A stretch of 53,809 nt of DNA from positions 1 through 53,809 of the IMG/VR virus record IMGVR_UViG_3300032214_001510; one strand, written 5' to 3'. A program made the position numbers and the translations under genes. Under the pieces are notes generated by a model, which saw nothing but the letters and a program-made list of their open reading frames with translations, searched no databases and had not been told where the DNA came from. Of the stretch, positions 5,452 through 19,300 are shown piece by piece. This DNA comes from a virus (Duplodnaviria > Caudoviricetes). The number at the start of each line of letters is the position of its first letter. Within the stretch, counting starts at the first letter, position 1.

Positions 5452-7347
5452 ATGCCTTTTACAAAATTTACAAATCTAGATTTTGATCAAATAAAAGCGT
5501 CCATCAAAGATTATCTTCGTGCAAATTCCAATTTCACGGACTTTGACTTTGAGGGATCAAACTTTTCAGTTTTAATTGATACTCTAGCGTACAACACATA
5601 TATTACTGCATTCAATACCAATATGGTTGCGAACGAGGCATTCCTCGATTCTGCAACCATTAGAGAAAATGTTGTTTCTCTTGCTCGAAATATTGGTTAC
5701 GTACCTCGCTCTAGAACGGCGGCAAGGGCACAGGTTTATTTTAGTGTGCCAACATCATCTACATCATCTACACTTACCTTACAGGCGGGACTGGTGTGTG
5801 TAGGCAACACAAATGACAGTTCATATATTTTCTCAATTCCAGAACCAATTACAACAACAATTGTAAATGGCGTTGCTAATTTTGGCACAGCAAGTGAACC
5901 AATTAGTGTATATCAAGGGACATTCCTTAAAAAAGAATTTGTTGTAAATGGATCCCTTGATCAGAGATTTATTTTAGATAACTCGTTTATTGATACTTCT
6001 ACTATTCTTGTTAAAGTTAGAGGACTATCGGACGGTGGAGAAGGTAAAGAATATCAACAAATTGATAATATCTTAAATGTTAAGAGTGTATCTGAAACTT
6101 ATTTAATTCAGGAAATTAAAGACGAAAAATACGAATTGCTATTTGGTGATGGTATTTTTGGTAAGAAACTTGAGAATGGATCTATCATCACAGCAACTTA
6201 TATTGTAACTGATGGCTCGGATGGAAATGGTCCAAGTTTATTTGATTATTCTGGAACATTAAGAGGTGCTGTTGGTGAACTTGTGATTCCAACAGGAAAT
6301 ATTGCGGTTAATACTGTTAGAAATGCTCAAGGTGGTGGAGAAATAGAATCTATTGATTCTGTAAAATATTTTGCACCAAGATTATACTCATCACAATATA
6401 GAGCAGTTACTAGCAGAGATTATGAATCGGTAATACAAACGATTTACCCAAATACAGAATCTGTTTCTGTTGTTGGTGGAGATGAATTAAGTCCACCACA
6501 ATACGGGAAAGTTTTAATTAGTATCAAACCAAAAAATGGAGATTTTATTTCTGATTTTGATAAGCAATTTATATTGAGTAAGTTATCGGGTTATTCTCTT
6601 GTTGGCATCAAACAAGAAATTATCGATCTTAAAGTTCTCTATGTTGAACTTGACAGTTATGTTTATTATAATTCTTCTCAAGTCACTAACATAGAAAACT
6701 TAAAATCAACGGTATTTAATGTAATTGATGCATATTCCAAGTCTGTTGATGTAAATAAATTTGGTGGAAGGTTTAAGTATAGTAAGGTACTACAATTAAT
6801 TGATAATTCTGATGTTGCTATTACATCGAATATCACCAAAGTTATTATGAGAAGAAATCTCAATGCCCAAATCAACAGATTTGCCCAATATGAATTGTGT
6901 TTTGGAAATCAATTTCATATTAATTCAAGTGGTTTTAATATTAAGAGCACTGGATTTAGTATTTTTGGAGAGAATAATACTTGTTTCTTAACTGATACTC
7001 CAAACAGTAATGGTAGTGGAATTATATCAATTGTAACTTTAGATGAGGGATCTACTCGGTATAGAGTGGTTAATAATAAAGTTGGTACAGTTGATTATGA
7101 TAAGGGAGAAATCTTTTTAGGACCAGTTCAAATTACTTCGACTATTTTACCAAATAACGTTATACAAGTTCAAGCATATCCAGAATCAAATGATGTTGTT
7201 GGATTAAAAGATCTATATCTATCATTAGATGTTTCTAATAGTAAGATAAATATGGTTAAGGATACCATATCTTCAGGTGAGCAAATATCAGGTGTCGGAT
7301 TTAAAGTTACATCAAGCTATTCAAACGGGGAATTAACGAGGAGATAA
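5452..7347 (+). CDS. gp6: Baseplate wedge subunit gp6
   Basis: LDFDQIK, DFDFEGS, LARNIGYVP and RAVTSRDYE motifs. Confidence 0.95.
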   Translation: MPFTKFTNLDFDQIKASIKDYLRANSNFTDFDFEGSNFSVLIDTLAYNTYITAFNTNMVANEAFLDSATIRENVVSLARNIGYVPRSRTAARAQVYFSVPTSSTSSTLTLQAGLVCVGNTNDSSYIFSIPEPITTTIVNGVANFGTASEPISVYQGTFLKKEFVVNGSLDQRFILDNSFIDTSTILVKVRGLSDGGEGKEYQQIDNILNVKSVSETYLIQEIKDEKYELLFGDGIFGKKLENGSIITATYIVTDGSDGNGPSLFDYSGTLRGAVGELVIPTGNIAVNTVRNAQGGGEIESIDSVKYFAPRLYSSQYRAVTSRDYESVIQTIYPNTESVSVVGGDELSPPQYGKVLISIKPKNGDFISDFDKQFILSKLSGYSLVGIKQEIIDLKVLYVELDSYVYYNSSQVTNIENLKSTVFNVIDAYSKSVDVNKFGGRFKYSKVLQLIDNSDVAITSNITKVIMRRNLNAQINRFAQYELCFGNQFHINSSGFNIKSTGFSIFGENNTCFLTDTPNSNGSGIISIVTLDEGSTRYRVVNNKVGTVDYDKGEIFLGPVQITSTILPNNVIQVQAYPESNDVVGLKDLYLSLDVSNSKINMVKDTISSGEQISGVGFKVTSSYSNGELTRR

Positions 7348-7348
7348 T

Positions 7349-10300
7349 ATGATTACAACTGGATTTGATGCGAGAGTTAAAGTCGGTCAAATAATCGAAA
7401 GTCAACTTCCAGAGTTTTTACTTAGCGAAAGCCCAAAAACGGTTGACTTTTTAAAACAGTATTATCTTTCACAGGATTTTCCTGGTGGGCCAGCGGATAT
7501 TGCAGAAAATCTAGACTTATATCTAAAGCTTGATAATCTTACACCAGAAGCAATGTCTGGATATACGACATTGACTTCTGCGGTTGGATTAAATGATACT
7601 GAAATATTTGTAGATAGTACTAAAGGTTTTCCACCTAAAAATGGATTACTAAAAATTGATGATGAAATTATCACATATACGGAGTCTACATCAACAAGTT
7701 TTACTGGATGTGTTCGTGGATTCTCTGGAATTACAAGTTGCCATTCATCTTTAGATCAAGAAGAATTAGTCTTTTCAACTTCAGTAGCCAGCACTCATCA
7801 ATTATCTGCTAAAGTTGAAAATTTAAGTATATGTTTTCTTAGAGAATTTTATAAAAAATTAAAGTCTGCACTTACACCAGGATTAGAAGATGTTGAGTTT
7901 GTTGCAGGTCTTGATGTAAGTAATTTCATAAAAGAAGCAAGAGTATTTTATCAATCAAAAGGAACTGAAGAATCATTTAGAATACTTTTTAATGTATTAT
8001 TTGGAGAAACTCCAAAAATAATCAATTTAGATAATCTACTGCTTAAACCATCCTCTGCTCAATATATTAGAAGAGCGGTTTTAGTAGCAAAGAATATTAG
8101 TGGAGATCCTCTTAACTTAATTGGTCAAACTCTTTTTAGAAAAAATGACCTGGAAACAAGAGCTTCTATCTCTAACGTAGAAATTTTATCTAGAGCGGGA
8201 GAAATTTTTTATAGAATAGATCTTTTCTTAGGTTTTGCTGATACTGATAGTATTCAGGGAACATTTACGATTACACCTAAAACTAAAGCAATTGGAAATG
8301 TTGCTGTTGATTCTTCAGTTATTACTGTAGATTCGACTGTAGGATTTCCAGAGTCTGGTACTATTATTTCTGGTCAAAATAATATCACTTATAGTGAAAA
8401 AACAATTAATCAATTTTTAGGATGTGAAAATATTAATTTTAATATTTCAACTACAGATGATGTTATCTCTGATGATTTATATTTTGGATATGAAAATGCA
8501 GATACATCCAAAATATGCGAACTAAGAATTACTGGAGTTTTATCTAATTTTATAACAAAAACTAAAAATCAGGAATTGGATGAAGGTGAGAAAATAGCAG
8601 TAAAAAATATTGGTATTTCAATTAAAAATCCACCAGAAAATAAAACTTTTAAAGAAATATTTGCTAATTCGTGGATTTACAATACAAGTGTTAGATATCA
8701 AGTATCAACAATTAGTGGTTCTTCTTTCACTTTATCGAGTTCTATTGATAAATCTAGTTTAAAAGAAGGTGATTTAATAGACGTTATATTAAGAGGATCT
8801 GTAAATAATGTAGTATTTTCAGATGCATTAGTATCGAATATTAATTATTCAAACAGTCAAATAACATTAGATAATCTTATTGGATTTGTAGCTAATCCTT
8901 CTCTTTCATATGATATTAGAAGAAAATTAAATAAAGCATCTTCATCTGGATCTCCTATACAATATGGAAATAATATTGTTACTTCAGATATTCAAAACGT
9001 TTATGTGGATAATGATGATTATTTTTATGTTGCATCTAATTCATTTCCATCATATTCTATTGATGTCCAATTAACTGAATCTGTATTATTAAATGCAGAA
9101 GGAGGAACTTCTCTACAAGGATTAGATATTCAGACTTTACTTTATCATGTTCTATCTTTTTCATCTGCAGTTCCTTTCGCAACAGGGGATGAAGTTGTTT
9201 ATTTTCCAGAATCAACACCTATAGAAGGACTACAACCTGGACTTTCTTACTTTGTAAAAGTTGATGATGTTTTTACAAATAAAATCACTCTTTATAATTC
9301 TAGATCATTTATTGAGAGTGGAGATTATGTTGAGTTTTATGCTCTCCCATTAGGAGTTGGTGGAAAGCATTCGTTTGTTTTAAAAGATCAAAAAGATCGC
9401 TTTTTAAAACCTCAAAAAAATCTTATAAAATTTTTAGGAAAACAAGATATCATTAATGGTCTGAATGAAAAAACACAACCAGGAAAAGTAGCTATTCTTG
9501 CAAATGGCGTTGATGTTATCAATTATAAAACAAATGATAAGATTTATTATGGACCAATAAAAAATATTACTCTATTTAATCAAGGTGTGGATTATGATGT
9601 GATAAATCCACCAACAATTGAGGTTATAAATCCATCTGCTGGTGGAACAAAAGCACTCATCCAACCAGTTGTTAGTGGAAATGTTAAAAAAGTTTTTATT
9701 GATCCGCAAGATTTTGATATTGAGAAGGTAATTTCGGTTACAATTGCAGGTGGGAATGGAAATGGATGTACTTTAGAACCTGTTTTAGAAAAAAGATATA
9801 GGGAAGTTGAATTTGATGCAAGGCGACTGGATTTTGCTGGTGGAGTTAGTGTTGATGCAGAAACTATCACATTTTTAACAAATCACAATTTTAAAAATGG
9901 GGAGCAAGTAGTATACAATCCAAATGGTAATGCACCACTTGGATTGGGAACCTATCTTGGTGGTAATTTTGATCAGAACTTAACATTGGTTAGTGGGGCA
10001 AGTTACTATGTTAAGTTGGTTAATAATAATACTATTCAGTTATATCCTAGATTTAATGACTACATTTCGGGAATTAATACTATTGGATTTACAACTATAA
10101 GTGCCGTTGGTATTCATAAGTTTAGAACCTTTGATGCAAAAACAACTATTAAAGAAATAAAAGTTACAAATCCTGGATCAGGATATCAAAATAGAAAATT
10201 ATATATTAAACCAGAAAAAGTTATTATTACTCAAGATTGGATAACATTTGATAATCATAATTTTAACGATGGTGATTTGGTTGAGTATCAATGTGTTGGT

Positions 10301-13300
10301 GCAGGAAGCACACTTATTTCTGGTCTATCAACTTCTAATAATTACTACATTTTAAAAGTTGATTCAAATACTTTTAGATTATCTAATGCTGGCATAGGTG
10401 GATCTATTACTTCAAATTATGATAGAAGAAATTATGTTAAGTTAGAATCTCAAGGTTTAGGATATCATATTTTTAAATATCCAGATATTTCTCTATCAAT
10501 TAATGTTTCTTATGGTAGTAGCGTAAGTGGAATTATAACAGCGACTCCTGTTATTAGAGGAAATATTATTGATGCTTACCTCTACGAAAATGGCAGTAAA
10601 TATGGATCGCAAACCATCAATTTACACAAAAAACCAAAAATTACGATTAAAAATGGAAAAGGTGCTGAATTAAAACCATTCATTTCTGGTGGATCTATAA
10701 AAAGTGTTGAGGTGTTGGTTGATGGGGATGAATATAATGCTTCACCAGATTTAATTGTAAATGGATCTGGAGTTGGTGCAGTTTTAAGAGCAAATGCTTC
10801 TAATGGAAAATTAACTAGTGTTGTTGTAATTAATGGTGGTATCAATTATGATGAAAATACAACGATCAGCATTATTCCACCAGGAAGAAATGCATTAATA
10901 GATCTTTTCGTAAGGGACTTAACCTTAAACGCAGAATTTAGATATGGTACAGAAGTTATTGCGCCATCTAACAATGGACTAGGATATGGTTGGGTTGGTT
11001 ACAGTACAAGTTATGGTGCTAGTGAATTTGGTGATAAGGGATCTACTCATTCCCCAATAATTGGTTGGGCATATGATGGAAATCCAATTTATGGTCCTTA
11101 TGGATATTCGAATCCAGAGGATAGTGATTCCCCAGTAATATTAATGAGAACAGGTTATATTGATAATACTTCTTTAGTATTTGATAGACCTGCATCTTTT
11201 AGCCCTGGATTTTTTGTCGATGATTATGTTTTTATAGGAAATCAAGATTTAGATACACATAATGGTAGATATTGTGTTACTCCAGATTTTCCAAATGGAA
11301 CATATGCATATTTTGTTGGGATAAAGACTGATGCTCTGAATAACTTAGTCCCAACTTTCCCATATTTTGTTGGAGACACGTATAGATCAAAGGTTATTAC
11401 TGATAATTTCCTAAATCTAAATCAGTCTTTTGACTTTAATAGCTCCAATTTAGTTAGAAATACATTCCCATATAAAGTAAATGATGATACTGCTGCATGT
11501 GAATTTTTATATGAATCAAATAATATAACAAATCAATTCCTGATTGTTGATTCCGTAACTAGTGGATCTATAATTGATTATAATGTCATAGAACCTGGAG
11601 ATGGATACTCTGTAGGCGATCTTGTTAAATTTGATGAAACTAGTACAAGAGGAACGGGATTAAATGCTGCCGTTTCTTCCATTATTGGAAAAGATATTGT
11701 TAGTATTGCATCTACAACTTTACAATATGAAAATACAGTTTTCACTTGGAAAGATAAGGCAACAGTTAGAGCTCACTTACCATCGTTCCATGAATTTTAT
11801 GGATCTAATAATATTATCTCAGTTTCTGGGTTAACAACGTATGTTCCAAAAATAACAGGAACTCATATTGTAGGGATAAGTTCTGATTATATTAATGTTA
11901 TTAAAGAAATACCATTAAACTTATCATCTGGAATTGTTACTGACATTTATGTATCTAGAGTTTCATCTTCAGTTTCTATTGGATGTACTTTGGGTATAGG
12001 ATCGGAGTTTTTCTCAGTATTAAATATTTTTTCAGAAAGAAATATTTTAAGAGTTAAGAGGGGGGTAAGTGGGTCTGCACATACTATTGGAACAAAAATT
12101 TATATTAAGACCAATAAATTAGATATTCCAGTATCTCTTGATTATTTTGATTCAGAATATAACGAAACACTATATTTTAATCCAACAGTTTCAGTTGGTA
12201 TAGGATCTACATCTTCGAATGTAGAATCTATAAATTATCCTTTAGGTGATGTTTCTTATCCAATATCTGTACAAACTCAAAGTATTTACATACCAAACCA
12301 CCCATTCAAGACAAATCAAGCAGTTATTTTATCTAAACCATCTGTTTCATCCAGTTCCTTGTCTGTAGGAAGTACTTCTGTAAGTCCAAATTTTTCACTT
12401 CCTGCATCACAATCTCAAATAGTTTATATAATTAATAAATCAAAAGATTATATTGGTTTAGCAACACAAGTTGGATTAACAACAACTGGAGGAGTATTTT
12501 TCTTCACCAATGGTGATGATAATTATGAATATTCACTAACCCCCACTAAATTTGAGGTTGAGGGTAATGTCATAAACAATAAAACTACAGTATCACTATC
12601 AACTTCACATGCTTTAAAGAGAAATGATGTTATCAATCTTTCAGTTAATCCAGAATTAACTCAAGGTATTGGAAATTCTTCATATGTATACTTAAAATAT
12701 AATAGCAGTTATGATAAAGTTTTAGTAAATCCTGTAGGATTTGGATCAGTATCCGTAGACTCATACAAAAATACCCTCTATCTCCCATTACATGGATATA
12801 ATACTGGAGATAAAGTTTTTTATGATTCTGCAGATTTGATTATCAGTGGATTGCAAACTGGATCATACTATGTCTATAGAATTGATGATAATGTTATTCA
12901 ATTGTGTGAAACTCTTAAAGATTTAAAATCAAATCCAATTATTGTTGTTGGTTTTGCAAATACGGGTGGTAGTCTAAATGAAATAAGTTTAATTAATCCT
13001 CCCTTAAGTGCTTATAAAAATAATAATTTAAAATTTGACGTATCTAACTCATCTCTAACTGGATATCAGTTAAAGTTATATACTGATGCCAACTTGGCTA
13101 ATGAATTCGTATCTGTTGGAACTACTGCGGAATTTAATCTTATTAAAAATGGAGTTCCTGGTATAACAGGATCATTTGTTACTCTAGAATATTCTGATTT
13201 AATCCCATCAAGACTCTTTTATCAATTAGAAAAATCAGGATACATAAGTACATCAGATGTTGAGGTTTTAAATTACTCCCAAATAAATTATGTTGATAGT

Positions 13301-16300
13301 GTTTATAGTGGATCATATAGTATTTCGGGAATTGGTGCTACATCTTTTGATATTTCCTTGAGATCTAGACCAGAAAAAAGTTCATACACATTTAATGAAG
13401 CAGTATTAAAGTACACAACTTCCTCTCAAAATGATGTTGGTGGTGTAGATAAAATTAATATTATATTTGGTGGATTTGGTTATAAAAAAATCCCATCATT
13501 TGTTGAAATTGAATCAAACGGAGGTACGAATGCCAATATTGATATTGTTGGTAGTGGTATTGGTGATATTAGAGAATTTAAAATATTGGATCAAGGATTT
13601 GAGTACTCCTCCGATAAGACTTTAAGACCAGAAGCATTAATTTCACCAAGATTGGAATTAATTAACAATAATGAAATAGTTGGAGTTGATATATTATTTG
13701 CAGGCAAAAAATATACTTCAAATCCAGATATTATTGTTTTTAATCCAGTTACTAAACAAATTATAAATTCTGGAACTTTACGAGCTAATGTATATTCATC
13801 ATCGATTCGTAATATTGATATAGTTGAGACACCAAAAGGTTTAAATTCTGTTTTACATGAGTTATACACTGTTCAAAATAGTAATGGTGTTGGGATCAAT
13901 AGTGTCATCACTGCTGGAGTTGGAATTGTAACTGTATTTTTATCAACTCCATTTTTGGGATTTAGCACTGCTCCATTTTCTCCTGGTGATGATATTTTTG
14001 TAGAAAATATTGTTCTTGAGAGACCAGGATTAGGATTTAATTCTAGAGATTATGACTTTAAGTTTTTCAAAGTTGTTTCTTATGACAATACAATTCCAGC
14101 AAAATTAGAATATAGTATTGTAGGTTTTGCAGATGGAAATCCAGGTTTAGCAAAAACAGAACAATTCTCCTTTGCTTCTATCACTAAAAAATCAGATTAT
14201 CCAATTTTAAAACCTATTCAATCAAGATCTAACTTTGTAATCGGAGAAAAAATTTCTGTAAGATCTAATACAGGAACTTTTATTGAGACTGATTTAGAAG
14301 TTACTGACTTTAGATCAAATAACGTTAAACTTTTTGGTGAATATGAATTGTTTGTTGGAGATGTTATTAGAGGAGTTCTTTCTGGAACATTGGCGTCTAT
14401 TAATGAATCTTCAAATAATCAAGGTGAATTCGAAATTTCATTCTCTTTAAGAAAAGATTTTGGTTGGTTAGATGATGTTGGTAAATTAGATGAAGATTAT
14501 CAGGTCATACCTGATAATGATTATTATCAAAATCTATCATATTCTGTTAAAAGTACAAAAACATATGATGAAATAGTTGATACTGTTAATCGTTTGGTTC
14601 ACCCAGTTGGACTTAAAAATTTTGCAGATACTCAAGTTTTATCTAGTTCTTCATCACCAGTTGTTGGAGATGGATTTGGTGACATAGCTGTTTTTGATTT
14701 AATTGACGAAAGAAGAGTAGATACTGTTAGTAACTATGATCTTGTACAAGATCAAGATCTTATTATTAATGAAGGTAAAACTTATTCCAAGTTTATTAAA
14801 TTTAAGAGTAAAAAATTATCAGATTACATTGAGTGTAGAACAAATAGAGTTTTAACTGTTGATAATATTGGACCACAATTCTCCAATTCAAATACTGCAG
14901 AAGGTGGATTTACAGATCTTTATACTTATGCCGAACCATTTGCAAGATTCTTAGTACAAATTAAAAATTCTAAGTCCAGAGAAACTCAGTTAACTGAATT
15001 AATTGTTCTTTATACCGATAGTGATGTATTGATAGAAGGTATTAAAGATGCTAATGTTTTTACTGTAGAAAAGGGAACACTGTCATCTAATGGTGATCAA
15101 ATACCAGTCGCTGAGTTGCTAGGAAATGTTGATCAATTTGATAATTTAACTCTAAGAATATTCCCAGAATCTATTTTTAAAGATGATTATGACATCAAAA
15201 TTTTGGTAAATCAATTTAATACTACTATTGCAGGAATTAGCAGTGCTCTTGATATTGGAGCTACAACTCTATACACTAAAGTTAGTACTTGTGGAATTAC
15301 AACATCAACAACAATTTTTGAGGTAGATTCTGATAAAGTTCAATCATTTATAGCTTCTATTCACGTTTTAGACTTGGATAATAATGAACAGAATTATGCC
15401 GAAGTTTATGTATCTCACGATGGCGTAGATACTTATCAGTCAGAAGTTATTGCTGATAATAACAAATATACTACTGCAGTAACTTCAGTTTCTATTGGCA
15501 CTTTTACATCATATATTGATAGTGGAGTATTAAAACTTGATTTTGCAAATCCAAGATCTACCAATCAACAAATTAGGCATAGAATCATTGGATTTGGGAC
15601 AGAAAGTGTTGGATTGGGGACCTACAGATATGCATTAGAAGGTCAAGCAAATGAGAGAAGTGCTAGATATGTTACTAATGTAGTTCAAAGTGTTGGATCT
15701 GCATCAACAACTCTCGTTGGTGTTAGTACGAACTTGATTACATCATTTAAATCTTACGTAAATGTAAGCATTGGTGAAACACGTGCGGTTCATCAATTGA
15801 TGACCATGCATGATGGTAGAGAAATTTATATCTTACAAGGACCATTTTTATCAATTGGAAGTACAACTGGTATTGGCACTTTCAGTGCAGAGTATGTTGG
15901 TGAAAATCTTGAATTTAAATTTAATCCAGATCCAGATATTACAGGAACTTGTAATATAATTTGTTTTAGTGAGCAACTCTATAGTGAAATAGACGCTGCT
16001 AATATTCCGCCAGATTTAATTAATGGACCACTTACTGAAAAAGTTTTTCTAGGAGAATTTAATGGTTCACAAGGTGATAGAATTAATAGGTTGGATTTTA
16101 CAATAAGTTATGAGGGTATTCCAGTATTCAGCAAACTTTTTAATCCAAATAATATTGACCAAATAAATCTATCTACAGGAATTTTTAGACTTAGAGATCA
16201 CTTTTTCTCTCCAGATGAGGAACTAACTTATACTGAAGGATCTACTTTTGTTGGTGTTCCAGCTCTTCCAATAGGAATTGGATCAACTCTTGTTGGTGGA

Positions 16301-19300
16301 ACAGTATTTACTGGAGATTTTCTTGCTGGATTTAGCACAATCACTGGTGTATCAACCTCTACAGGTTTAAATCCAGGTCAATCTGTTATTGGACTGGGAA
16401 TCCCTGCAGGAAGTACAATCGTTAGCGTCGGGCAAACATATCGATATTTTTCTGGAAATGTTTCTTCTGGATCAACAATAATTACTGGTGTTGCTAACAC
16501 ATCAATTTTAAATTTTGTTGGTGCTGGAATATTTTCGGGTAATGGCACTGGAATTGGAACGGTTGTTTCTGTTGGAATCGGATCAATTATTTCAAGCGGA
16601 ACTATCGCAGTTGGAACTGGAGTAACGTATTATTTAAATGTTCTTGGTGTAGGAGTTTCCCTATCATCTGTAGCGGCAGGATCAAGTTTCAGAAATTCTT
16701 ATACATCAGGAATAACTACAAATGTTTGTCCAAATGATGTTTACGTAATCAGACTTGATTCTGATAGATTTAAATTAACTGGAACTAGAAACAGTGGTAT
16801 TGGATTTACGTTCACAAGTCCAGGAAGTGGAAATGCCCACAAATTAACTATGAAGAAGAGATTGGAAAAATCTCTGATTATGATTGACAATGTTGTACAG
16901 TATCCACTTACATATACGCCATTAAATTATACTTTAGTTAACAATGGGGGGCAAATTAGTTTTGCATCAACTATTTTTGGTATCAGTGGAATTAGTTCGA
17001 TAAGAATTAGTGACGTTTTAGAAATTAACAATGAATTTATGAAGGTTGTTAATTTTGGATCAGCACCTTCACCATCTGGTCCAATAAGTGGAGTTGGAAC
17101 TTATTTGGCAATGAATGTTCAGCGTGGATTCTCTGGCACAATAGCAACGGCACATTCTGATGGATCTGTAGCAAGAGTTTATAGAGGTGGGTATAATATA
17201 GAAGATAGTATATTATACTTTACTCAAGCACCTCTTGGTAGTGGATTTGCTAGACTTGATAATAGTAACTTATTAAGACCTTATGCAAAATTTGATGGTA
17301 GAGTGTATTTGAGGAAAGATTACACAACAAATAAAATTTATGATGATATTTCTGATCAGTTTAGTGGTATTGGAGTAACATTTAGGCTAACCTCTTCTGG
17401 AGAAGATACTACTGGTATAGAACCTGGTAATAGCATATTGTTTAATAATCAAATCTTCCAAACACCTACGACGAGTAACAATGGTGGAAATAATTATGAG
17501 TTACAAGAAAGTTCTGGTAAAACGGAGATAGTTTATACTGGTATTACATCAAGTGATGGATCTATTGTCAAATCATTGGTTGATATCAATCAAAATCAGT
17601 TGCCAAGAGGTGGTATTATTATTTCTTTGGGGTCAACAAATGGATTGGGATATGCTATCCCAGAAAATGCAACGGTTGGTATTAAAACTGGACCATCGGG
17701 TCAAATTACTGAAATTATTGGATATGCAACTACATCATCCTATAATTCATTTACAAATTTTGCATACTCACATGTAACTGGAATTGCAACAGTTACGACT
17801 GCATCTCCACATAATTTTGTATATGGAGATCAGATCTCTATAAGAAATCTTAAATTGGAATGCCCAGATGGGTATGCTGGTTTAACACCAAATGTTGGAA
17901 TTAGTACAGTTTCTTATGATAAGACAACTGGAATTATGACCGTTACAACGGCAACTCCACACTATCTTGCAACTGGAGTTAATCTGAGATTACGTAATCT
18001 GAATTTTAGTTGTAGTGGACCTTCTGGAATTACAACAACTATATTCCCAGATGGAACTAGAGGTTTTATTTTTACTACGAATAAGATTATTAACTCAACC
18101 AATTTCGAGACTAATGTTGGTATAAGCACCATCACTCATAATTACATGAGTGATGGCACTGTTGAGGTTGGAATTACGACTGATATTTTCCCAGATCAAA
18201 GAGGAATTCCATATACAATTAATAATTTTGATTATTATAAGACCACTGGCGTATCAACAATAACATTTAATTATAATCACAATTTTAAAATTGGCGATAC
18301 AATCAAATTACAAAATATTCAGTTTGACTGCCCAATAAGTGCTGGAGCAACTATTGGTATCACATCAGTTACTTATGATAATGTAACTGGTATTATGACT
18401 GTAAGTACTAACTGGAATCATTTACTGTCTCCAGGAAATACTATTAGATTGTTTGATTTTAACTTCTCATGTGATTCTTCTGGATATGGTACTACAACTA
18501 TATTCCCAGACGGATCTCAAGGTTATTATTTCCCAGTAAATTCTATTGGATTTGCTACTGAATTTACCACTAACGTTGGAACATCAACAATTTCACACTA
18601 TTACGTTGATGGTGGTTATGTTCAGGTTGGTATTACAACTAGTGTATTTCCAGATTCTGATAATAATTATCACATTGTAAATATTCCTACTGCAGATTCG
18701 ATTGTTGTTAATGTTGGTCCATCAACAATTACTCATAATTATGTTGGCGATGGTTATGCATATGCTAAGAAGAGAGTTGGTCCCTATAGAGTCAGAACAA
18801 TTGTAAATACAAATACTTTTGAAACAGATCTTTATACTGTTGGTTTTGCTCATACTTATGTAAGTGGTGGTGAAGTCAGCAAATATTACAACTTTAATAT
18901 TGGATCTGGATATAGGGGTGGTGAAGTTGGTGTTTCAGTGACTTCTCTAACTGGTTATGGTGCAACTATAAGAGCATTTGCTGGAATTGGTGGAACTTTA
19001 GGATTTACGATTGATGGGGGAGGGGTTGGATATGCATTTACGAATACAACTGTAATTATTCCCGAACCATCTTATGAAAATTTAAATATTAAAGGGGTTT
19101 CTAGAGTTGGAGTTGGAACAACCACAGAAACTGGAATTGGTTTACTGCTTTCGGTTGATATTGGTCCTGCACAAAGTGAATATGGTGGAACAATTGGTAT
19201 TGTAACTGCACAATACGATAAAACCACTGGGATAATCACTGTTACAACTGACTCAATCCATAGCTTGAGCGTTGGCAATCACTTCCAGATGTATGATATT

